Shown here: piece after piece, positions 20,769 to 31,968 of the stretch
How the letters are laid out: each line of letters begins with the position of its first letter
How positions within the stretch are numbered: position 1 is the first letter of the stretch
Assembly: GCA_030390025.1 (NCBI GenBank)
Contig: CM059432.1
Span: forward strand, 113,462,001-113,526,000
Source: Squalus acanthias
Lineage: Eukaryota
DNA: 64,000 bases
Direction: 5' to 3'
The notes under the pieces: generated by a model
The model's database searches: none
Told to the model about the DNA's origin: nothing
Seen by the model: only the letters and a program-made list of their open reading frames with translations
Translations under genes and position numbers: made by a program

Positions 20769-22405
20769 TGTAGAATTCGCAAATTATCGCGATTTCGAAA
20801 TAACGAGATAGAGACATACAGTTACGTAAAAACAGCTTTATTTCAGCAAAATGCTGTCAGGTTCAAAAACGGACACAAGAAGCCTTTAAAATGGCCGCCG
20901 CGCCTCGTGGCAGAAGGTTCCAGATTTCTCAGTAGGCAGACAAGATGGCGTTTCAATAAACATTTCAGCAAGATCGGACAGTGCTCAGCATATTGATATA
21001 AGACAAGACACGATTGTTTTGCATTTCTAACACCTAAGCAAGAAATATAAGTGTTGGAATCGGTTTTCCATACACAAACGGGATCTATTGTACTGGGCAA
21101 TCAAGGGCCCATCCAAAGACATTGATACGCAAATTCCCCACGGCTCTACGATGAGAGAGCCGTTCGCGGGTACTCACAACAAGAATTCGGAGGCCCCCAA
21201 AACCCCTCCAGGGAGACTCCTAGCCGGTTCCACAATGGGAGAAATATTAACGGGTACTCAGACAGTTACAAGTATCACCGAAACCCATTACCAACAAGAA
21301 CCCCCCATACAAGAAGTTTGAGCGCCAAAACATGACAAAAGATGAACATTAAGATTGGGCGGCAGATAAAGAATTACAGTACTATAACTGTAGTAAACAA
21401 ACGTCCATCTTTCTCTTGACTCTCTTATCCTCTGGACTCCTGGCACTTGACTCTTATTCCTCTTATTCCCTGACGTCTTTGACTTGTGCTCTTGCTGCCC
21501 ACCGAGCTCTTGGTCCGCTGATCTTCCGGGAGTCAACCTCGTGGCTTGCCGCGAAGATCTGTGAAGAGCTGGGCTGCGAAGGCCGGTAGCGGGTGCACCA
21601 TCCCGAGGGTCGGTAAACGGTGTAGGGACCCGAAGGCCCGACGAAATGAAACAAGACAAGAAGAAGAAGACGACTACACGTGCCGCCGCGGTCAGTAAAC
21701 CCCGACCGCGCCCGAACTATAAAGACCATTTACAGGTTACCGCACGAATTCTACCGCCAACCGGTGTCGGGCACAGGAAGACTCTTCTTTGAGTTTTATC
21801 AGAAATCCGAGGTCAACACAGATCTTCATGACAGCAGACGGTCCAGCCTGCTAGCCGGAGCAGAGCGAGTAAACAAGTGGGGTACAGAGACCCCTGATCA
21901 ACACGTGAATAGTCAGGTGCTGTGGCGAAAACATCCGAGCATCGTTTTAGAATTCTCCGAGTTATCACGAGTGGTGAGCATGGTTCTCGATCCTACAGAT
22001 CTAGATTAGGACAGATATTAATAGGGGAGGGTTTTGTTTTAAGGATAATTATAATGTGTGTCCCCTTTTACGATGTGTCGTGCGCTCCTCGTTTCCCTAA
22101 ACCTAGTTGCATAAATGTATGTAAGCTTGTACTGTCATTAATCTGTGCTTATGACATGTATTTCGTAATCTTGAACAATATGCAATAAAGATTTTCCATT
22201 TCGTACTATTCAACTGGGTCTACCTGAGTTTTCTCTGCATTACTGCTCTCGCACCTAAGTCCAGTGTCAGAACCGTAAGGGCGAGTGGGTCGAACCACTC
22301 ACAGGTGTCTAGTGCTACCAGGCTGGCTGGAGACCAGAACAGGCAACAAGGCCTAACCCCGCACTAGCACCCAGGCTAAGCACAGAGCCACCCGAACCCC
22401 TTACA
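20769..22405 (+). repeat. 3' LTR, 1637 bp
   Basis: TGTA...TACA termini; matches the 5' LTR. Confidence 0.98.
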
Positions 22406-22687
22406 GTCATATGGTAATATTTCAGCACTGGAGTTTCTGTCACCATCATATTCATCAGTGTAAGGTCATGTCACATCTTTTTCAAATAGCTTTCTGAGTG
22501 GTTTTGAGACATCTGACAAATTAAGCAAGAACTTGCATAAATAGTTCAACATGTGCAGACTTTTTTGTTGCTTTTTTCGTGCGTTTGATTGCTTCCACAT
22601 TTTTTCCACTGGCCTTATATTCTTCTGCTGTGAGTGTGTGTCTTTTTGACTGACTTCTTGTACTTGGAACTTTCAATTATTCATATG
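22406..22687 (+). repeat. 282-bp flanking direct repeat, copy 2
   Basis: Starts immediately after the 3' LTR CA; matches 9473-9754. Confidence 0.97.
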
Positions 22688-22840
22688 TAGCTTCACACTG
22701 ACCCTGAAATTCTGACACAACTGGCCTAAAATGCCTTTGGAGGCCCAGAAACTCGTGGGGGGCAGGAGGAGGATGCCACATTTAAAGGCAGCCTGTAGGA
22801 AAAGGTGTAAAGTCAGTAAACGGAAAGTGGAGATGGCACC

Positions 22841-23410
22841 ATGAGGAAAAGGAAAGCAGAAAATTTTACAGAAGGTGAGTTGGAGTATCTATTAAGTACA
22901 ATAAAGCAGAGGAGGGATGTTCTTTTTGGGGTACAAGGTAAAATGTCTGCACACTCTGCTGCACCAGCTATTTGGAAGGAGGTGGCACTGGCAGTAAGTG
23001 GAATTTCTATCACCCCTCAGGACAACCCTGCAATGTCATAAAAAGTTTAATGATTTGACAATAGCAGCAAAGGTAGGTGCGATGGCAGCTCTGTGCCAGG
23101 ACTAGTTAGTACAGTAAGAGCGCAGAGATAAGTGTACGCTGCATGCTTAAGTATTCCAGCACTACCCTGTGTGGTATCACAGTCAGCAAGGAATTAACAG
23201 CTGCAGTTATTCTATTATCTGGATCACTTTCAAGAGGTGACCGATGTTAAGGAAAAGCAGACTGTTACAGGCCATTAAAACTAATCCCTCTTTATGCAGG
23301 AGAAAATTGTTCATAATACACAAGAATATCAGGCAACAGCCAAAGGACATCAAAAGGAAGAGGCCATGGAAATCCTAAGGATCAACTCTTCACAAGCAGT
23401 AGGAGATAGA
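22841..23410 (+). pseudogene. Old Harbinger Myb/SANT-like gene, exons 1-2 (later pieces scattered to ~32470)
   Basis: MRKRKAENFTEGELEYLL..RRDVLFG..WKEVA..(fs)CHKKFNDL|gtaggt. Exon 2 cag|EKIVHN. Exon-3-like MKRRMLADHHTHMEAL at ~30385. Confidence 0.75.
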
Positions 23411-23771
23411 GAGGGAGAAATTCAGTATCGTCCCGTTTGGGGCACGATTATCGGCCGGGGGCAAAGTTTAGCGCCTGGCGCTAATTATCGCCTCCGACTG
23501 TAAACTTGGCTTTTATCGCCCCTGGAGGTGATTGGAGCACTAAATCAGGCGCTGCACACCTGTCTTAAGGCGCAATGGCCGAGGAGCGAGGCGCTAACTC
23601 AGAGTGCGGGCGCAGCGCAGGTGATGTCAGTTAACGATGGAACACAGACACACTGGCGCTAGACAGTTCTTAAAGGGGAGGGTCGATCTTGCTCTCCAGC
23701 CACACACTGCTCATTGGAGCCTTGAATCTCGGCCTGGAGAGACCTGTGACTACATTTTCCAGCCAAGGACT

Positions 23772-25591
23772 ATGGAGAGGGTGAGAGAACGAGCTCAGCG
23801 CTTCAGCGAGCGGGCCTTGGAGGCTCTGGTTGGCGCGGTGGAGCGCAGAAGATCTATACTCTACCCTGAGAGGGGCAGGAGGCCTTTGCCACGCGACTAC
23901 AGAAGAGTGTGGAGGGAGGTGGCTCAGCACGTCTCCTCCAGGAGCATGGTGCCCAGGAACAATACTCAATGTCGCAAAAAGTTCAACAACCTCACTCGGG
24001 TCGTCAGGGTGAGTGGCTTTTTTTCAATACCTCTCCATCCCTCCATCTCAACCTCACTCTATGGCCAGAGGGTCTTAAAACCCCAATGCCCAACACTCAT
24101 CCAACACCTATGGCCCTCTCATGAAACACACACGCATATTCCACACTTTGCATACAGTAAGGGCTATTCAACTATGGGAGGCACATCAGGCAAGACCATG
24201 GCTGCTTACATTAAGGGCTATTCAATTATGGGAGGCACATCAGACAAGACCATGGCTGTATCTCTACTCAGACGCCGTCCTTTTTCTTGCAGGCCAAGCT
24301 ATCTCATAATAGGAGACAGCAGCAACGGACGGGTAGAGGGCGGCCTCAGCTGCAACCACTCAGCGATCTTGAGGCACACGTCCACAGGATTGTGGCAAGC
24401 CAGGTGATCGGTCTCGTCGCCCCTGGAGAGGCCGACCCCGTTCTGGACAGCAATGGTAAGGTCATCAGCTTTCTCTCCTCTCTCATTCCACTTGTCCCTC
24501 ACAACACCAGCCTTTGACACTTTCAATCCAACTGACTAAATCGCTGCACTCCTTCCTCCCTTACTGCCCCCCTGTCCTCACGCTAAAACCACTCTTGTAC
24601 CTCTCTGCTTTCAGATGGTGATTCACCAGCTGAGGAGACGGGCCCTCAAGCTGCCAGTGGGAGTGAAGCTGCAGGCGAGGAGGAAGAGGAAGCCGGAGCA
24701 TCAGCGCCACCCTCTCCCAAGGAAGCACATGCCCACACTGGGACCACGTCTTCCCTGGAGGGGAGCAGGGGGGAAGGGTCTGCTGAGAGTGAAGCTCCAG
24801 GACCCAGCGGGCTGCAGCAACGCGATGTGGCTAGGGAAGAACGGGGGCCTTCTCCCCGGAGGGAGAGTAGGCCAGCGAGTCCTGCTGCACTGGACGCAGA
24901 GGAGGAGCGGCTGATTGCAGAAATGAACACCCAGGCGGTGGACATGCACACTCAGCTCATGGGTGCAGTGGGAAGGGTGCCCGAATGCATTGATGCACTG
25001 GCAAGGAGTGTGGAGCACTTCGCTGTAGCACAGGCGGATGCCACGCTGAAGCTTAGTGCTGCAATTCAGTCACTGGCTGCCGTGATCCCATCTCAGACTG
25101 GTCTCATGCAGACTCAGATTGAAGCCACGCAAGCACTGACTGCTGCCATTCTCGCTGGTTCGGACACATTGCCCCGGGGCTCTCACCGCGCCGCAGCAGA
25201 CCAGCAATCTGTGCTCCAGCAGATTGCTCCGGATGCTGAGGTGCTGCCCCGTGGGAGTGCCAGTGTGTCGGTCGAGCAGGGAGTTGCTGTCCTCTCTCAA
25301 GATGACAGCATTCCTGCTGCCACCACTATCACTTCCCCATTGCACTTGCCACCGCCTGTAGCCCAGACTGCTGCCGCCCATGCAGAGTTGGTGCAGTCTG
25401 CAGCCAGGCCCTCCAGGCCCAGAGCTGGTCGAGGCCGTCCTTCAAGGGCATCTGCAGTCTCAGGTTCTGACAATCAGCAGCCTTCCACCAGCCTTGCTGC
25501 AGCCACTGGGGCCCCATTACGGAGGAGCAGTAGGGTGAGAAGGGGGGAAGTGTGCAAGGGAAGGAGATCACCCTCTAAGGGCAAAAAGTAG
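23772..25591 (+). CDS. Harbinger A Myb/SANT-like DNA-binding protein, 3 exons (23772-24008, 24293-24455, 24615-25591), 458 aa, open
   Basis: RAQRFSERALEALV..W.EVA..V..R...QCRKKFNNL. GT-AG introns in compatible phases. No stops after manual splicing. Confidence 0.85.
24152..24259 (+). repeat. 54-bp tandem repeat x2 in Myb intron 1
   Basis: TACA(G/T)TAAGGGCTATTCAA.TATGGGAGGCACATCAG.CAAGACCATGGCTG twice. Confidence 0.85.
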
Positions 25592-25902
25592 GAGGTGTGA
25601 CGAAAGGTTGGTCAATTTTTTATTAAAGGCCGAGGTTCGTGTTCAAACGTTTGTTTAGTGTTTTGGACATTATCTCCAGGTTGTGAGAACCAGTTATGTT
25701 AATGAATGATTTTTTGTGTTTGTTTCTATTAGTTTGTCATGAAGAAATGACACACACAGAGTTTGTAAAATAAAAAAGTTGTTGTATTCAAAATGTATAG
25801 GTTTGGCCTTTGGAATCATTGCTGCCTTTGCTGGCTTAGGGGTTGCGGGTTGGTTTCATTCATATTGTTCTCCATGGCAGAAGCCATTTCCTCAGCAGGG
25901 GC

Positions 25903-27046
25903 CTAGAAGCAGCTTGTTATCAGCCGTTGACGGACAGCCCTTGCAGTTTCAACATTGTGGGCCTCCCTCCCGCCTTGGTGCTGCTGATGATCTTCCTCCT
26001 GCTCTTCCTCCTCCTCCTCCGGTGGTACTCCAAGGCCTGGTGGCATTGGCTGGGTCCTGAGGATTGCCAGGTTATGCAGCATGCAGCACACAACTATGAA
26101 GAGGGAGACTCGCTCAGGTGAGTACTGCAGGGCTCCTCCTGTGTGGTCCAGACAGCGGAATCGTTGCTTAAGCATGCCGATCGTCTGCTCAACGATGTTC
26201 CTGGTGGCGAGCTGGCTCTCATTGTACCACAGCTCGGCAGGGGTGTTGGGGTTACGGAGTGGTGTCATCAGCCAGGTGCACAGTGGATAACCCTTGTCCC
26301 CGAGGAGCCAACCACTTGGCTGATGCGGTGCCTGGAAAAGTTCTGGCACAGCAGTCTGGCGCAGGTTGAAAGCATCGTGGCTGCTGCCAGGATAGCGGGC
26401 ATTGACTGCGAGTATCACAGTGATCACAGACCAACTGGACGTTTAAGGAGTGGAACCCCTTGCAGTTTCGGAAAACCTCTGCATTCTCATGCGGTGCCCG
26501 CAATGCCACATGCGTGCAGTCAATGGTGCCCTGCACCATGGGGAAGCCCGCTATCCTCGCAAAGCCCAATGCATGTTCATGCTGTTTGGCCCGGGTCATT
26601 GGGAAAGAGATGTACTGGCGTCTCCTTTTATAGAGGGCATTTGTGACCTGACGGATGCAACAATGGACCGTGAACTGGGAGATATTGGCGATGTCCCCAG
26701 TAGCTGCTTGAAAGGAGCCGGTGGCAAAAAAGTTCAGAGCCACTGTGACCTTCACTGCCACTGACAGAGACGTCCTGGTCCTCAGTAGAGGCTGCAGATC
26801 TGGCTGCAGCAGGTGGCAGAGCTCAGTGACTACCTCCTTGCTGAAGCACAGCCTGCGCAAACACTGCTCCTCAGACAAATTAATGTAGGAGAATTGTTGC
26901 CGAAATACCCTGGGAGGGTAAGGTCTCCTGTACAGAGGCCTGTTGGCTCTCCTCCATCTAGCCATGATTGCCACTCTCTCTCAGCGTCTCTGTTGCCTCA
27001 GATTCTGCAGGCGCAGGACGACGCCCCGAATCAGTGCAGCCCCCAT
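25903..27046 (-). pseudogene. Harbinger A DDE transposase, disrupted
   Basis: GTIDCTH, HDAF, LGDKGYP, VEQTIG.LKQRF, LHN. AGA>TGA at 26981-26983 and a frameshifting deletion at ~26420. Confidence 0.93.
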
Positions 27047-27769
27047 AGTCTCTTGACAATCGAAGTAATGAAGGTCAAATCCAAAAGTACCTGCAAAGTG
27101 ATGCTCAGTAGCCAAAACTACTTCACACAGCGTTGAGTCTATGCAGAAGTCTCTCCTTCTCTCTCTCAGATTCTCTCTCTCTGTCAGAATGAGTGGTGCA
27201 AAAATGTCTACCACAGAAAAAGCCAGGAAGAGGCCGTCTTTAAATAGCGCCCCCCCCCCCCCCCCGCAGACCCTCAGCGACTGGGAAACGTTCCAGTCTC
27301 CCTGTCGTTGCTTCCGGAAAGGAGGGGGGCACCACTCAATATCCGGTCCTGGGCGCCACAAGGGCGTTGCACGCTCGACTGACGTCAAGATCTGCGGGCG
27401 CAGGAGATCGGGGCGGTAGTGTTTAGTGCCGCCGCAAAATGTCTGGTCAATTTCGCAAGCGGCGCAGACATCGCCATGCCCAGGCGATAGTTGCTTTGCG
27501 CCCCATTAGCGCCCTCTTAAGGCGCTAACAGGAGGCGCAAACCAACCGAATTTTTCCCCCAGAGGCTCTGCAGCCACAGTAAATATGTGCGGACCAGCTA
27601 AACATTGTGAATTAAAAAAATGTCATGTGTATCATATCTATACCTATTATTGTGTGGAGATCTCTAATGAAGCAGAAAAGGAAATGTTAACACTCACCTC
27701 ATATATCTGAAGGTCTTTGTTATTATTTTTACCTCTTTTTACCTCTAGATACTATTTACAAAAGTAATA

Positions 27770-28496
27770 GGCCCGAAAATTAGACCTAATACGGGAGATT
27801 ACGCACTGTGTACTCTCGCGTATTAGGTCCCGAAGTGCCGGTTTCCTGCATGCACTGTGCATGCGCGGGAAACCGGCACTTCGGGTATTGCGAAGCGGGC
27901 GGTTCCTAAGTGAACCGCGTGCGCGCTACAGGTTGCACGCATGCAGCGCACTTAGTTTTTTTTTCAGGTTTGAACGCGAGGGTAAGTGTTGAAGATTTTA
28001 CACATGAAGAAAGCAGGCGTAAGACCCCCTTCTAACAAGGTAAGTAGTTAATTAAGTACTATTTTAAATATTTTTCAACAGGTTTATCTTTTTTAGAGAC
28101 TTTAAAGAAAGGTAAGTTTATTTTTATAACTTTTGTTTAAAGTGGTTAATTTATTTAACTATAGTTATTTTATTAATGTGATGGCTTTTTAAAAATTTAA
28201 TTGAGGTTTAGCTGTTCTTTTGGGGGCTTGTTGTATTCATAGTTTTGACAGCTCTTCCTGTCAAAACTATGAATGAAAGATGGTGTGCTGCCATTGGCTC
28301 TAACTGGCCCACGTGATCCCAGAGGTCGCATCGCACTAACTGCGCCTCTGGGACACGCACACACTGCGCGCCGGCACCAGGGAGAGGCCCAGGAACTGAA
28401 GTTCGTGTGGGCCAAAACCATAAAGGCAGGCGCGGAGTGCGATATCGCGGGGGATCCTTACCCTCGCGGCAACCATCGAAGTCCAATTTCTGGGCC
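27770..28496. mobile_element. Harbinger-type MITE, 727 bp
   Basis: TIRs GGCCCGAAAATTAGAC / GTCCAATTTCTGGGCC, TSD ATA on both sides, strong internal hairpins. Confidence 0.85.
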
Positions 28497-28519
28497 ATAG
28501 TATCTAGAAACGAAAAGTA

Positions 28520-29535
28520 TAATAATGAATAGTCAACATGGATTTCAAAAGGGAAAATCTTGCTTGACCAACCTCACTGAATTTTTTGAAGAGGTAACAG
28601 AGAGAGTAGACAATGGTAATGCAGAAGATGTAATTTATCTTGATTTTCGAAAGGCCTTCGATAAGGTACCCCATAATAGACTGATGAACAAGGTCAGAGA
28701 ATGCGGAGTCAGGGGACAAGTAACAGAATGGATTGCTGGCTGGCTTCAGGACAGAAAGCAAAGAGTGGGAGTAAAGGTTAGCTATTCACAGTGACAGAGG
28801 TGGGTAGTGATGTTCCACAAGGATCAGTGCTGGGACCACTACTATTCACAATTTACATTAATGATTTAGACTTTGGAATCAAAAACAGAATTTCTAAATT
28901 TGCGAATAATACCAAATTTGGGGGGGATAGTCAATACTGAGGAGGACTGCAACAAATTACAGGAGGATATTAATAAACTTGCAGAATGGGCAAATAATTG
29001 GCAAATGAAGTTCAACACAGACAAATGTGAGGTATTACATTTTGGTAGGAAGAATAGGGAGGTCACTTATCATTTGCAGGGTGCGAGTCTAGGTGGGATA
29101 GAGGAACAAAGGGATCTCGGAGTACAAATACACAAATCACTAAAAGTTGCTCCACAGGTTAACAAGGCCATTAAAAATGCAAACCAAGCACTAGGGTTTA
29201 TTTCTTGAGGGATAGAATTGAAAAGTAGGGAAGTTATGCTAAACCTGTATCGAACCTTGGTTCGACCACACTTGGAGTACTGCGTGCAGTTCTGGTCACC
29301 ATATTATAAAAAGAATATAGAGGCACTGGAGAGGGTGCAGTGAAGATTTACAAGGATGATACCAGATATGCAAGGATATACATATCAGGAAAGGATGAAC
29401 AGACTGGGTCTCTTTTCTCTTGAAAAAAGAAGGGTGACCTAATAGAGGTCTATAAAATTATGAAAGGTTTTGATAGAGTGGATACAGAGAGAATGTTTCC
29501 AATTGTGGGGAAGAGCATAACTAGAGGCCATCTTC
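28520..29535 (+). mobile_element. CR1 LINE RT fragment
   Basis: [57 protein letters not shown]. Confidence 0.93.
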
Positions 29536-29547
29536 ATACCAAAATGT

Positions 29548-29665
29548 ATCATAGAAACATAGAAACTAGGAGCAGGAGTAGGCCATTCGGCCCGTCGAGC
29601 CTGCTCCACCATTCAATACGATCATGGCTGATCATCCAAATCCAGTACCCTGTCCCTGCTTTCTC
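29548..29665 (-). repeat. CR1/HER1-type 3' tail
   Basis: Reverse complement of GGGCCGAATGGCCTACTCCTGCTCCTAGTTTCTATGTTTCTAT. Confidence 0.75.
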
Positions 29666-29669
29666 ACAC

Positions 29670-29998
29670 AGAATCCCCATCGAGCCTGCACCGACACATA
29701 TCCCACCCTATCCCCGTAACCCCACGTATTTTAATTCCCCCTAACATATCCCATCCTATCCCCGTAACCCCACATATTTAATTCCCCCCTAACACTAAGG
29801 GTCAATTTATCATAGCCAAATCAACCTAACCCGCACATTTTTGGACTGTGGGAGGAAACCGGAGCACCCGGAGGAAACCCACGCAGACACGGGGAGAATG
29901 TGCAAACTCCACACAGACAGTCACCCGAGGCCAGATTCGAACCCGGGTCCCTGGCGCTGTGAGGCACCAGTGCTAACCACTATGCCACCGTGTTGCCC
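29670..29998 (-). mobile_element. HE1-like V-SINE (tRNA-derived)
   Basis: tRNA-like head GGTGGCATAGTGG..GGTTCGAATC and V-domain (GTTTGCACATTCTCCCCGTGTCTGCGTGGGTTTCCTCCGGGTGCTCCGGTTTCCTCCCACA). Confidence 0.88.
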
Positions 29999-30009
29999 CC
30001 TTCGTACTT

Positions 30010-30240
30010 CGTACTTCTCTGCATTAAACTTCATCTGCCATGTATCTGCCCATTTCACCCGTCTGTCTATGTGCTCCTGAAGTCTGTTACTATTCTCCTC
30101 ACTGTTTACTACATTTCCAAGTTTTGTATCATCTGCAAACTTTGAAATTATGCCCTTTATACCCAAGTCCAGGTCATTAATATAGATCAAAAAGAGCAAT
30201 GGTCCTAATACCAACCCCTGGGGGACACCACTGTATACCT
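30010..30240 (-). mobile_element. CR1 RT fragment
   Basis: GVPQG.VLGPLLFLIYINDL..FADDTKL..WQMKFN. Confidence 0.9.
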
Positions 30241-30448
30241 CTGGGATTAATTAGATAGCAGAGAAGAGGAATTGTCACAGTATGAGTCACAATACACAAG
30301 GAAGCCAGAGGATATGGCAGTAAAAGAGAGCTGGATGTTCCTCAGTGGAAGCTCAGGACAAGTCAGATCTCAAGGGTAATGCTATGAAGAGAAGAATGCT
30401 AGCAGATCATCACACACATATGGAGGCTCTGACTATATCTCACACTAT

Positions 30449-31445
30449 GGGGGGAATTTTAACCCAATAAAACGGGTGGGTTGGGAACGGGTGGAAAGTT
30501 AAAGTGTTAAAAATCTGAATCCCGACCAGAACCTGCCTCCAACCCTCCCACTTCCGGTTTTAACGGAGGCAGGACGGAGGGGGCGGGCAGCCAACCCGCT
30601 CCCAGGAGGCGGATCAACCATTTAAACATTATAATGAGGCTGGCGTACCTCAGATTTAACCTCCATTTTGAATTTAACAGTGGCTGGTCGAGTTTTGCAG
30701 GCCTCATGAAACCCATCAGCTAATGGAAGGGAGGACTGCTAGATCCAGGAGGTACGAGCCTTTACACTTACCTCCTGGATCCAGTGTCCCTGCCTAACCC
30801 ACCCCCTTCAATTGGAGACCACCCCACGATGCCTCCGATCGCCCCCCTCATTCTCCGAGTCCCCCCCCAGTCCTCCAGACCCCCACACGAGGCCACCCCG
30901 CCCCCCATGCCCCTCCGGCCCCCCGATGTCGTATGCCTCCCCACCCTCCCATGCTCCTCTGGCCCCCACGTGATGAGCCCCCGGACCCTGATCAGCCTTC
31001 GGCCCCCACCCCCCCCCCCCGATGTGCTCCTGGCCCCCTGATGATCTCCTAGCGCCCCCCCACCACCACCCCCATCCCACTCCTCCAGCCCTCCAATGTG
31101 TACCCGGCCCCCACCCCCGCTCCTCCGATGATGCTTCCAGTGCCTCAATGATCTCCTGGACACTACCCCCCACCCCCCGCTGCTCAGGCCCTCCGATGAT
31201 CTCGTGGCCCCCCCTTCATACTCCTCTGGCACCCCCCATGCGATCCCTCCCTTCCTCCTCTCTGCGACCTAGTGCCACAGGCCTACCCGCCCACAGCCAG
31301 CCAGCCTTTCAATCCGGCTGGCTTCGGGTGGGAAACAGAGGATTCCAAATGCAAAAATTCAGCGAGGCCTGCGGGAAGCCCGTTCTCCTTGGCTCCCCAC
31401 CACCCCCCGCCACTCCCAACCCGCCAAAGTGTTATAATTCAGGGC
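30449..31445. mobile_element. Non-autonomous Harbinger-type element with C-rich internal repeats
   Basis: Imperfect TIRs (G..GAATTTTAAC / GTTATAATTC..C) and TSD TAT. Confidence 0.65.
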
Positions 31446-31536
31446 TATGTGTGGCAGATGGCTGTGACTGTGTCGCAGTCTAATGCCATCCTCTATGGCA
31501 CCATTAGACAGGGATATTCATTCATGAAATGTGTCC

Positions 31537-31968
31537 TTTTTTTTATTCATGGGATGTGAGCGTCGCTGGCAAGGCCAGCATTTTTTGCCCATCCCTAATT
31601 GCCCTTGAGAAGGTGGTGGTGAGCCGCCTTCTTAAACTGCTGCAGTCTGTCTTCTTTGTAGCGGGTTGATACAACTGAGTGTCTTGCTAGGCCATTTCAG
31701 AGGGCAGTTAAAAGTCAACAACATTTCTGTGGGTCTGGAGTCACATATAGGCCAAACCAAGTAAGTACGGCAGATTTCCTTCCCTAAAGGACATTAGTGA
31801 ACCAGATGGGTTTTTACGACAATCATGGTCACCAATACTGATACTTGCTTTTTAATTCCAGATTTATTGAATTAACTGAATTTAAATTCCCTAACTCACA
31901 TCTCCGGATCATTAGTCCAGGCCTCTGGATTACTAGTCCAGTAACATAACCATTATGCTACCGTACCC
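31537..31968 (-). mobile_element. tRNA-derived SINE (same family as 38108-38509 and 49791-50113)
   Basis: Three homologous copies in the window with a tRNA-like head and a GGGCAATTAGGGATGGGC..A-rich tail. Confidence 0.8.

Larger units (their letters stand above)
9756..22405 (+). mobile_element. Endogenous retrovirus, LTR-gag-pro-pol-env-LTR (lokiretrovirus-like)
   Basis: Paired LTRs, PBS, PPT, gag with CCHC, PR/RT/tether/RNase H/IN order, and env with furin site and TM. The family assignment is inference from architecture. Confidence 0.95.
23411..27560. mobile_element. PIF/Harbinger transposon, copy A (full length, 4.15 kb)
   Basis: TIRs GAGGGAGAAATTCAG / CCGAATTTTTCCCCC, apparent TSD AGA, convergent Myb (+) and transposase (-) genes. 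Confidence 0.93.

Noticed and set aside
29925..29998. tRNA genes (also ~31900, 36010, 38450, 59940)
   Set aside because: These are tRNA-derived SINE heads continuing into SINE bodies; no full cloverleaf.
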